In this document: piece by piece, positions 26,301 through 38,700 of the stretch
Layout: each line of letters opens with the position of its first letter
How positions within the stretch are numbered: the stretch's first letter is position 1
DNA from: Podarcis liolepis
Lineage: Eukaryota
DNA: 64,000 bases
Reading direction: 5' to 3' (one strand)
Assembly (NCBI GenBank): GCA_965112155.1
Contig: OZ218108.1
Notes under the pieces: generated by a model
What the model was told of the DNA's origin: nothing
Seen by the model: the letters and a program-made list of their open reading frames with translations, nothing else
Database searches by the model: none
Position numbers and translations under genes: made by a program

Positions 26301-29300
26301 TAGATAAAAAATTAATCTTAAACTTTGCATTCCACTACATGAAATGCTATGCAAAAACCATGTGTAGATGAGCATCTTAACTTTTTTTGGAAAAAAGGAT
26401 GACTGTAAAGCCATGAATGAAACTGGAAAATAGAAACTACCAATTTAATATGGTCAAAAGATATCCTTATACAAAAGAACATATTCTTTTTTGGAGCTTA
26501 ATTTTTTTTAAGCATTGGAACCAATGTAAGTTATATTAAAAAGACCGATGAACACAAAATAATTTGTTATGCATCAGGAATTTAAATTTTGTCAGATTTC
26601 TAGAAAATAGTGTAATTGATGCTGGGTAGGGATATTGCTAAATAGAGCAATAAGGATAACTCCATGAAGACAGCTTGCTGAAATCACTTGCCAGGGGATA
26701 TTCCTTCCCCCCCTTAACTGTTTGTGCATTTGGGGCAGTTCAAGAATAAAGCAATATATATCCTCCAAACTGGAATTATTATGTTGATTATGGTGGAAGG
26801 AAGAAATCTTATGTACTGTAAATGGTATGTAATGCACAAGGTTCACAGACTTTGCAGCAAAGAATAATGGGCCAAGAAACAAAATGTTAAAAGATTATGC
26901 TGTAGCCATGCCAGTGCAAACTTGGCCTTTAGACAGAAGCTTGATGGGGAGAGGGAAATCTACCAAGCTCTATTACAGTGCAATTTAACTTCCTTTTGAT
27001 GGGGTCCTCCACTGGCCAGCAACAGGGCTTGGTAGGTTGCTGCCATTATCAGACAGGTGTTCCTAAACTGGAAACTATTTTTATTTGCTAAAAATTAAAA
27101 GGTCAGAACACAAGATAAATCGCTATTGAAATGAGTACAAATGGAATGATGTCACACCTATGAGTTTTACATTAACAAACTGCTGGGAATTATTTTTTTA
27201 ATGCACAATATATGCCAAATTCAAGAAACAGCTTCTACACACTCAAAGAGATGCTGCCATTGACCTACTGGGAACCATGCATACTACCTTACCTGGGCTG
27301 CCTCTCATGCATACTACCTTCAGAGAAGGAAGAGGTAGTGACAATGTTGTTTACACTATTTGAATTTCCTGATTACATAGTCAGTTTCAAATCAGACAAC
27401 CTCCAAATTATTTAAAATTATTTAGAACACACTTAAGCTGCCACTGTTATTGTAACTTGTCTCAATAACTAGCCATTTTCTCACTTTAGTTTTATTTTTT
27501 TTTACTGGGGGGGGGGTCAAGCTACTCAACAACCCCTTCCTGCCCCATTCTACCTGCTTAGACCTTCTGCTTTCCACCCCATGCAACTGTTGCAACCAAG
27601 CAGGATGACCCATCAGCCTGGGAGGAGTAAGGTGACCAGATCTGGCAACCGGCTTGGGGATCAATCCATTTCCTTACCAAGTCTGACTTCATCCTAATTG
27701 GCAGCAGCGGACAATCTCCAGGCAGTAGGTGCCTTCCTCCACTTCGTGCTAATACTGCTCCTGCAGTAAAAGCTGGCCTCACCTGGCCCAGCTTTTCATC
27801 TTAATTGGCAGGGCCAACAGCAAATTCCCATGCCAGCTGGTGGGGAGGGGACGTGGGGCAAGGGGTCCCAGGGCTGGTAGTCAGTGCAGCCAGTGGAGCA
27901 GGATGGCTGCTGCTGCAGTCTGTTCTGGCTGACCCTCTATAGCTTACCTGGGCTGCCTCTCATCATCCTATAGTTGGCAGTACCGTCTGCAGCCACCAGA
28001 ATATGGCAATGTTCAGTGCAAATATATAAATATACATAAGCCCGCAATTTACATTCATTTGACTTTTGCACAGTTTGCTTTACACGCTTAGCAAAAAATA
28101 AAATAAAAAGAGGGTGGAAGGGGCAGGCATCCAAGAAAAAATACTTTGGCAATCCCAATGCACCCAATGTGTTTGGACTATATATGATTTTGGCTTAAGG
28201 CGTGATCCCCGGAACACAGACATCACGTAAGTTGCAGACTTATTATAGTATAGCTATTACACATATCATCACATTAACATATCCAAAGACCATACATACC
28301 TTTGAATGCACTAACATCTCCATAATGCACTTGGAGTACAAAATATTTGCTGCCTTCTTCTCCTCCCACTTTGAATCCAACACCTTAACATGAAACAAAA
28401 AGCAACAAGTGGAAATTCCATAAATTGTATGCTTGTGTATTTTCGATAGTCGAGTAAAATAATAACAGTGGGTAATATTTAACTTAAATTGAAATCCCAC
28501 AATGTTCATATTAACAACTGAAGTTGACAAGTTATTATCCTTGATAACTTTAAAACAGAGAGAGCACAAGTAACGTTTTTCACATGTATTCTGCTAGGGG
28601 AATCATTCCTCAAGTACCCTTCAAGGGATATATAACACTGGAACTGAGAGTTATGCATTCATTCTGGCTATGAAAAGCTAGAAGAGCAAATAGAAGCAGA
28701 CAGACCAGATATCTCAAGTTTTATGTCTTTTCTTTTTCTTTTTCTTTTTTTACAACAGTGGCCTAGTTCACTGTTGGTGGGAATATGGAACACAGAACTT
28801 TACTTGGTGTAATACAAGATAAAAGAATCATCTTGACAGAATCCTGCTGCAAACCAAATAGATTTCACCAACAATCCATCATTCACAAACCATAAAAGTT
28901 TCCTCTGTAATAAGAAGGCAGCAGACAAGTTTGCTGTGGAATTACATTTGTTCAGTTCCATATTAAAAAGCTGGGGAAGCTACCAAAATACGCACAGCCT
29001 TTTGCAGTAGTTCACCCAGAGGAACAACACCATTCTTCCCAAGGAAAGTAATAATAACCATGAGTAGAGACATACAGAGCATTGCACTTACCGGTAAATC
29101 ACTACAAGTTAACACACAGACACACACACATTTACGCACACAAAGAGACACAAAGAAAACATTTTATGTCCATCCTTACTACCATATGCTCATTTGGAAT
29201 GTCATAGTGTGAAAGATCTCATACCTTTTGGTAGTCTTGTTGGTGGTGCATTTCTTGCCCAAGCATACAAAATATTAGATGTGTCCGTGCATGTTCCTCC

Positions 29301-32300
29301 ATCACAGTCCCTGAAACAAACACACAGCGGGAAGTTTTTTTATTTTGGCTTGAGCATCTCTCTCATTTTAGGAACATTAAGCAGTTAACATTATTCTCCA
29401 CCACAAACACTACATTCAGGCTGAGAATGCCCTTTGTAATCATGCTTCTCAATGTGTTTTTAACTCCTCTTCTAAAATTTACACTACCTTTTGAGCCTGC
29501 TCCCTCCAGCATTTTACCAGCACTCATCTCTTTGGCAGTCAATATTTTACTTATTGCATTTATATCCATAGTCCCATTTTATCTTCACAACCACTATCTA
29601 AGGTAGGTTAGCCTGAGAGATTGTATTCAGCCCAAGATTATCCAGGGAGCTTTATGGAATTGGAATCTAGATCTCCTTGGCCCTAGCAGGATATTCCAAC
29701 CACTATGCCATGCTAGCTTACAGGCAAGCACACAGAATCTTCACACATAGCTCTCTGTGTGTGTGCAACCTGCTGCTGTTTGATTAAGGGCTTAGGCAGC
29801 ACAGTCCAATACTGGTGTTAAAAATGGAATGTAACAGCACATATCAGATATCCCCCTAAACCAGCCACTATCCTGGCTCCTGCCCAACATGCACAGACAG
29901 AGGCTCATACTTGTACATAAAGAAAAGTTATTTATTCAGGGAACTAACAGTATAGGGTCAGCAGCAGACACAGCACTCAGAAGTCACAATTCAGATGTTC
30001 AAGCAATGAAGATGCACCAACAAGTTTCCCCGCACCTCCCACCAGCTTTTAAAGACAAGGCATGGAGTGCTCAATCACAATATTCCCTTGCCTTACAGGA
30101 ATACCAAGATTGCAAGCATGCACTCCATGAGTATGTGAGCTTCCACCTGTGAAGGTGGCATTTGATTCTAGGTGACAAGGCTACACTCTTCTGTTCAGTT
30201 GCTGCCGCCTCTGTTTCAGCCTCCTCCTCAGCTGATCAAAGCCCTTCCCAACCTGTATTGAGGCTCTCTGCTCTTCAGGAAGGTTGGAGGGGAGAGTTAG
30301 CAACCCTGATCCCCTTCTAAAGAGACTGAAGCTGGGGTGGAAAGGGGAGATCCCTCCTTCTCCAACTCAGGTTCCCACCATTCAGTCCCGTCCTCCTCCT
30401 GAGTCCTAGTCTGCCGCCCCATGTCGAATGACAACAATGCTGAGGGCTCATGGCAGCCAGTTAAGGAAGGTTGCTATGTTCAGAAGCTCCCATTCAAATG
30501 AGCATCTACTGTGGGTGGAATAGTTTCTCGGGCAGCTGAATGTTAAAATCTGCTGCAATCATGAAATTCCCTGGCTTAGAATTTTGTCATCCTGAAATTT
30601 TGTGTCCATCCACAGGGACTCAAGAACCATTAGAGTGGTTTTTGCACAGAAAATGGTCCTGAAAGCTTGTGTCTTAATTTAGATTGCAAAAGTCACCCAC
30701 AGAAGAAAAGAAACAAAGAAAAACCCTTAGAGACCCTGTATTTTGACTTGAAGACTATGCAAGATTTATTATAATATGATATATGTGTTACGATATAGAA
30801 GCAATGCAGCTGCAAACTGGCAGCTTGAAAACAAAACATGATGGGAATGTTGGGACTGTCCATGGGAAACAGTGGGACAGTCAGTTAACAGGGCAATGCA
30901 CCGGAATTTGCTCAGAGTGTAATTTGAGAATTTCCTCTTGTGTATGTACAGGAAGTACAGGAAGTCTTTGTCACTTGACTGCTGGAGTTTGAAGAGTACA
31001 GACATGTTTTCTGTAATGCTGCAAAGACAGAAATAAAGGCATGTAAATACATTTCTGTCTATCTCCTTTCCCTGCCAGGGGAGCAGGAGGGAGGGTGTGT
31101 GTTCTTCCCATGTTTGGGAAGAATCGCCTATCGAGACCTAGCCTGGATCTTGCTGGGGAATGCAGCCAGGGAGGTCAACAGGAGACCAAGCCGGGTGCCT
31201 GGGAGAGTTGCCAGTTTCTCCCGATAAAGGCTTGATTTCTGACAATATGTTCCTGTATTCAAGTATAATTCTTAATATTTAAACTAATCCCCACACTATG
31301 AAATATCTATCATTCCATGTGACATTTGCATCAGTTATTCTCTTCTTCATATATACCATGGCATGATGAGCGTGGTTGAAGATCTATTTTTGACACCACT
31401 AGAATTTAGCCCTTAGAATCACAAGGTTAATTAGACTGAACATTGCTTCTTCCCACTAGAAAAAGCTTGGCATTTCCCCTTGGGCTGACCATATAGAAGA
31501 TAACCTTGATTTTATCTCTTTTCAGAAAGTAATAAATACATTCTTAGTTAGTGGGGGAAAGAGAATTAACTTTTTCAGCTATGTCAGTAGCTGCTTCCAA
31601 TATATTTATAGTGAAGTTCTTTGGAAAGAAATTTCCAAAATGAGTTACAATGCTATGCCTCCAAATAATGAAAGTAATTAACTTCTGTTCCAGCAATTCA
31701 ATTTTTAAAATAAAAAACCTATCCACATGCAACATAGGAAGCGATTTTATAGCAAGTCAAATCATTGGTCTACCAGGTTTAGTATTATCTAAACCAGTTA
31801 ACCAACCAAACTGGATAATCCCCATAGGATAAACCATGTTGTCATCAAAAGTACTTTGAACCCTACATAATGCTGCCAGTCACAGTGGGCTCACTTATAC
31901 CATGCCCTGTCTGCCAAGAGAGAGATAATGGTAGGATTTTCCTTTAATGAGCTTTAGTGAAAAAGGCACTGTCGCAAGCTCAAATTGATCAGTTGGGGAG
32001 TGGGGAGGAGAAGAGAATTAGAACTACCTGTACAAAAAGCTTATAATAGAGTGTTGTGCAAAGTTTCTGGTGGAGAGGTAAATCAAGATAGACTACTGGA
32101 CTGACATGGGGCTGCCTTTGAAAATCATCCAGAAACTTCAATTAGTGGAAAAAGCAGCAGCAACAGTTTTAAACAGAGTGAGATTTTTGGGGGGAAGCAC
32201 ATCGCCCCGTTACTATTTCAGCTTCAATAGCTGCTGGTGCATTTCTGGTCCCAATCTGAATTCCATTGCAATTCCCAATCTGCAATTCCATTGCAACATA

Positions 32301-32704
32301 TATCACTCACCTTGGTTTTCATGTCAAAAGAAAGGAGTGATATAAAGGCAAGAAAATAAATAAATACTTCAAAGACATTGGAAGACCTATAAGCCTTAGG
32401 ACCGGTGTAAAAGGGCCATTTCCTCCCATAGGTCCTGCCCTGCTACTACTCCTCCCTCAGAAGTGGCTGAAATGCAGAAGTAGAATTTTCTTTGAGATAG
32501 GGTGTCTAATAGAAATCAATTCAACATTGACATTTGTATGCAATTTCCCCCATACACATTTTTACGCATCATTTTTCTTGTGTTTTTTACTAATAGATAT
32601 ATTATATGCATACTTTACATTAGTATATGCATTTTTGTAAACATTATATGGCTGGAGAACTGCATTGCAAAATTCACAGATCTGTTAATTTTGAAGAATG
32701 ACTA

Positions 32705-32756
<52 letters not shown>

Positions 32757-35700
32757 TTTGTGTGAATTAGGTAGAGTTGCATTTAAATGAGATTCAGTAA
32801 TCACAGTCATTCATCAAATGTGTTTTTATTTTTTCCACATAGGTAGAATGTCTAGGAGAACTACTATAGCAGCTTTTTCACACTTTTTCTTAGGAACATT
32901 CACAAAACACTAAAAAAGCAGCAGCACATTTTGGATCTCAATTTAACAGCAACAGACCTCCACAGATAAAATGGAAGGAGAAAACCTATCTGCGGTTTCA
33001 AGGAAATGTTGAAGATGCAACTTTCCTACTGTCGTTTACAATATGGAATGGAGTTATTCATTAATAAAATGCAGTTATTTCCTGGTCCCCACACTGCTCC
33101 AGTCATGTTTGGGTGAAGGAATCACATTAGATAAATAGATCAGCTGGAAAGCTCATCTCAGAGCTACTGTCCCATGGTACAGTAGACACGGACACAGTTA
33201 TGTTCACCATAAGTCTTTTATTCAAATGATTTTGGAAACTTTTGGGATCCAGCCACGTGGAAGAATCAACTTTGACACTTCAGTAGTGTATGAAACAGAC
33301 TTTAGTCTTCAAAATCAGAGAGATTAAAGCTGTAACCCTGATTCAATTTACCTGGGAGCAAGTCTCATTGATTTCAACAGGGCTTACTACTGAGTAGACA
33401 TGGCTAGGATTGTGCAAGTCTCTCCTTTCGTTTAGAGCAGATGCTTTCAAACTGTGAAGCAGACCAATCTTTGTATTCTGGGACTGAACAAAACGAATCT
33501 GGGTAATTTCATAGTAGTTTCCAGAGTGCTACCAGTAGTTGCTAGCATGGCTATAAATGTCTTGTGTCCACTGGGGCACAAGAGTACACTATGTGAGAAG
33601 GGAGAACTTGGTGTAGTAGAAAACACATGGAGTGTGAAGGCAAAAGATAGGGCAGGGAAAGAGGTGGGGTGACTGCAACTGGCAAAAACTAATAGTAATT
33701 GTGAAGCCCATGAATGTCACAGTTTTCTACTGTGAATTAACAATGCAGCCTGTTCACTCCTGCTTCACCTCCTCCTTTTCTGCAAGCAGGTAAAAAGAAA
33801 CCAGGATGTCTGAATTTAGCTTGGCTTCCCATGATGTGCAAACCTGGCATCCTGGTTTGTTGCTCCCAGCAAGCCAGGTTCATAAGCCAGGGTTAGAAGT
33901 TAGTTTGAGAGCACAAACCAGGATGCTAGGTTCATATGCCACCCTCCTAGATAAGTTGCTCACAGATGTGGGCTGTGCACACAAGGATTCTTCTTACAAT
34001 AAGCCAGGAATCCAAGCTTTCCATGATGTGCAAATCATACAACCTCTATGCTGCAAATAAACCTACATGGAGGAAATAAACCTGTGAAACGGACAAAGCA
34101 AAAATCAAGGCTATGCGTAAACTTACTGGTAAGCTGGTAAACTTACCTATCCAAGGTAAGATTACCAATTACAAAATAGTAGGATTGTGTAAGATTGTGT
34201 AAGAATATTTAAATGAGCAAATGGACTCCAGTATAAAATTCAATTAAACATGAACTATTTTTCAGTAATAGATGAACAGAACACCTTTCCGATTTCATAA
34301 CTCTTTGGGGCCAAGTTAGCATTTCTGGTTACTTGTTTTATAGACTGTCCTTTTCAAATATTAATGACCCAATCAAAATTTAAAAGGTATTTCAGAGCTG
34401 CTTCTGATTTATTAATAGAAACATCTTATTGATGAGTATGAAGACGTAGAAATTTGCAACTTGCTTCCCATTATGAAGCACTGAGGTTACAGTTTTTATT
34501 GGGGGCTACAACCTTTCATCAGTTTGAACAGTAAATCAATCAACTAAGTTTTAGTGAATGAATCCATAGGGGAAAGTTTAAAATGTGTGAGGACAAATCG
34601 CAATCAACATCAGCTTTACTATGGCTGTTTTTACTCTAGTGTACTACAGTAATATGCGTGGGGGTGGAAAGGAGGATCCAAATGGGCATCTCTCCTACCA
34701 AAGAGTGGTAGTTTTGCTTTTTTAATTATACATTTTCATGTTTCCTTCAATTTATCAGAGAAGTCACAGATCAACTAGGCCTGCTTTGATACATCTATTG
34801 ATTAAAATCTGCAACCCAAATGGCAGAAACGACAGAATGAACGTTTTTGAAAACACCATACCCACCATGCATTCATCAAGCCTTCTACACCCCCTCCCAA
34901 CCATACGTCATTCCCTTCTGACACAGGTAGCAAATGAAGCCAATGTCATGAAAACAACCCTGTGCTCCTTACCAGTAATCTTCATCTGAAGATGGATTGT
35001 TGCATCCAAAGAGCAGCATATGATGGACAGTGTCCATGCTAGCATGAGGTTTGAAGTCAACTGAAAGACAAGAGTGATACTTAAGTATGTCTTTTTCTCA
35101 GTACATTTTATGGTTCTATCTACATTAAGTTGCATGAGGACACTTATTTGCTCTCTTTCATTCACACAACAGCAAATGGAGATACACTGTGGGCTGCTGT
35201 GCTCATTATAACGACACAGCAGGAATAGAAATAAAAAAATCGCAGCAAGGATGAAGTGCTAATATCTCAAGTTGTGTTTCAGCTCTCTCAATTTTACTTC
35301 TAAAACAGGCAAATATGCCTTATTGGCCATGATACTTTAAAAAAAAATTGGTTTAAGTTTTTCTTATGCTTTTGTTACTGTCAGGGGTTCAGGAGCAGAG
35401 GCGAGGGCAAGGGAGGAAACAGAGAGCGAGGGGGAGGAGTCCGAAGAAAAGATGAGTGACGACGACGACCCGAGATCTCCGAGTCTGTCCAGTGAATCAG
35501 AAGATTCACAGAAAGGAGCGCCAGTGGCCAGAGCAAGGGGGGAGCTTAGGGGGACACCCCAGGAAGAAGGGTCCAGAGAGGGTTCAGAGGGCAGCAGTTG
35601 GAAATCGGGGCCAGCGTCACCAACAGAGCGCAGTGGGGAGGAAAGGCGCCAGGTATCGAGCTCTGGCAGCTCGCAGCAGGGGGGAGGGCATGAGTCAGGA

Positions 35701-38700
35701 GTGGCCACACCTCCATCGGAGAGCGAAGAAACGGTCAAGCGGAAAGTGGAAGGTTGGGCGCGCGCGCCAAGTTCAAATGCACAGGAAGGCGGCGCAGTAA
35801 GCAGCCCGGAAAGGGAGCCAGGTCCTAAAGCCCGACGCAAGGAGACAGGAGGGTCCGGGGGGTCAGCGTCAGAAGAGTCCAGGAAGGAAGAGACCACGGG
35901 GGGCAGAGGGACCCAGAGAAGAACGGTCAGGCGGAAAAGGTGGAGTAAGGCTAGGATATTAAGTTGGTGTACAAGGGGCGGAGACTCAGACGGAGCTTGA
36001 CCGGTCTAGCTTATAAGACGTAGAGCTGCACGCAGCAGCTTGGAAATGGAAACTGTAACTCAATAAAGACCTTTATAAAGTGAACGCTGGCTAGCGTGAT
36101 CCTCTGTGAGCTAGGATCTGGGAGCAGCTCTGACAGTTACACACTAATTAAGATGTACATTTTAAAGAAATCATTATTGTTTTTCATTGCGGGTAAAATA
36201 TACAACTATGATAACATACCAGAATACCCTACTCAAGTTCCTCCCCTCCAAACATTCACTGCTCCAAAGATGGCAGTACTCATGTGCAATTTTCATACAA
36301 AAGTAACTTTTCAGTAATGAGGCAAAAAGATCATTATATCAAAATAATATTTCAAAGGCATACTTCCAAATTCTAAATGGAAGTATATTGGGATTGAGGG
36401 GATTAACATCATTTTCTTTCTCTGTGTGTGTGTTTTATAAAAGCAAACAAAATTTTAATGAACTTATTGATTTTAGAAATACCATGTAAGGCTCTAAGTT
36501 TGTGTGCAAGCATTTCCTTATAGGCTATGTACCAAACATTTTGATAAGAAAAAGTAATTGAAATAACATGCATATCCTTCCATTGTTTGGGGATTGTGAA
36601 GTACGCCGCCATTAATAAATGTCCAATTAAGGCCTTTTTGGGGGACCTCCACTTACATCTTTATTCTGATATAAAAAGAAATTTAGGAGATAGAGTTGTG
36701 AGGTCCTGTCCAGGGACTCTTTAATAATTTTCTGGATCTTACTAAACAATGAAGTCCAAAAATGTAGATTAATATGTACATTTAACCAATAATTAAATAT
36801 AAAAGGGGAAGAAGAAATACACAAAGACATTTTAACAACTACTGTAAACAACATAACTCCAAGGAGTATGGTTTTTAGTTTCTACTGTAGATGAAACTCA
36901 AGTCTCACAGATGATCCTGCCACCAAAAAAAGAGAAGAAAGAAGAAGGGAGGAGTACATTTGAAGGTGGTAAACAAGAGTAGCTTTATCAATAGTTTTAC
37001 TCTTCAGTGACAGAGAGCATTTTAAGTTTCTTTAACTAGGAAGCAGCAGGGCAGATTCTTGAGGTGTATCATTTTAATTCTAATGGCACAGTAGGAGCAG
37101 GACCACAGGAGATCTGGTACTTTACAATTGCGCCCCCGGTTTTGCATTTTGAAGTTTAGCAGAACAAAGGAATATTCCAGGGGTGGGGGGAAGAAAAGAG
37201 ATGAATACATTAATAGGGTAGACTCAATTCTACAATGACAGCTGGAGTTTTACAATCCACTGAAGATGCTACAAAATCATTTTCCAATTGCTCTCACTAA
37301 CTGTGATGTTTACTGACAGCACTATAAGACCAAAAGACTTCAAAGGGTGGCAAAGAATGTTAAATATTAAAATGTATTTCATCCACAAGAGAAATTATAT
37401 ATTAGCATTATGTGCAAGGACAATGTTGAGCCACTCCTGTCATAAGCTCCCTCAACTTTAGATTAGTCCATTACAGGGGTACATTTGTATTCCCATTGCC
37501 TTTTAAAAGACCATCTTCCAGACAGTATAATTTGATGGACTATTTTAATGCAAGTCAGATTTTCGGGATGACTGGGGGGCTGCCAGTGGGGGTGGGGGGA
37601 TAGGCAAGGGAAGTCCCACAGTGCAAGTGAAACTCTCACACACCACTGGATATCACTCTATATGTATTTATTTATCAGTGTTCTACGTATCTCCCAATGT
37701 AGTGAAATATAATGTGACTAATTCAGGGTCCTCTGCTACAGTTTGTTTTTAAAAAACCCTCCCTTCATCCCACCCACCCCCCTTAAACTACAGCCAAACC
37801 TACTCACTATTCTAGAAACCACTATGCTGGTAAAATTTGTTGGAATTTCATATGCATTTTCTAGCTACTAGGAAAGGAAGCATTGTAAAATTGTGGAAGG
37901 GTGGGGTGGAGGAGCTGGAAATTTGGTTTCATATCTGTAAGGGTTCCAAGGGGTTGCTCGAGAATAAGCAGGTAAATACCCCCCTGCTCGGCTGTGAAGC
38001 CTTGCTTTTGATGCAAATAAACTTTATCTGTCCAGAGCGCCACTCTCCCGTGGCTGGCTCATTCACTGGCAGAATCTGTGAGTGGGCGGGGCTTAAACTT
38101 TCCCCAGCAAAGTAATTTCTTGACGCCCAGTCTGTCCTCCGAACCCTGCAGCTCCTCTCCACTGGAGGTGTGGTCACTCTCCCCCGCAGAGGAGGAGCTG
38201 CTTTCCACGAACTTTGGGGGCTCTCTGTAATCCATCCGGCTTTTCCTCTCTCCCTCCTGAACCGATGGCAGTTCCCTGACAATATCTTACAGAATAATTG
38301 AATTGTAGAGCTGTAGAGCTGGAAGGGATCCCAAGGGTCATCTAGTCCAACCCCCTGCAGTGCAGGACCCTCTACTAAAACATCCATGACAGATGGCCAT
38401 CCAACTCTGCTTAACAACTTCCAATGAAGGAGAGTCCACCACCTTCCGAGGGAGTCCATTCCACAAATGAACAGCTCTTACCATCAGAAAGTTCTTCCTG
38501 ATGTTTAGATGGAATCTCCTTTCTTGCAACTAAATGCTACAATGCTTTTTTGCTTTGCCATTAAGATTGGCAAATCTTAAGGCTCACAGTACATTAATAG
38601 TTTAGTTATTTGTACACAGGATAAAAATGGGACTCTCTCTCTCTCAGTGCAGTAGTAAAAAAGCTTGTATACTTCCATCGATAAGGCGAATTCTTTCCAA

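Noticed and set aside
35364-35897. 177-aa minus-strand ORF in the solo LTR
   Set aside because: Mirror of the purine-rich plus-strand frame; runs out of the LTR into flanking DNA.
37929-38459. 176-aa minus-strand ORF
   Set aside because: Chance fusion across a CR1 fragment and an unrelated solo LTR, in a different frame from the motif-bearing LTR frame.
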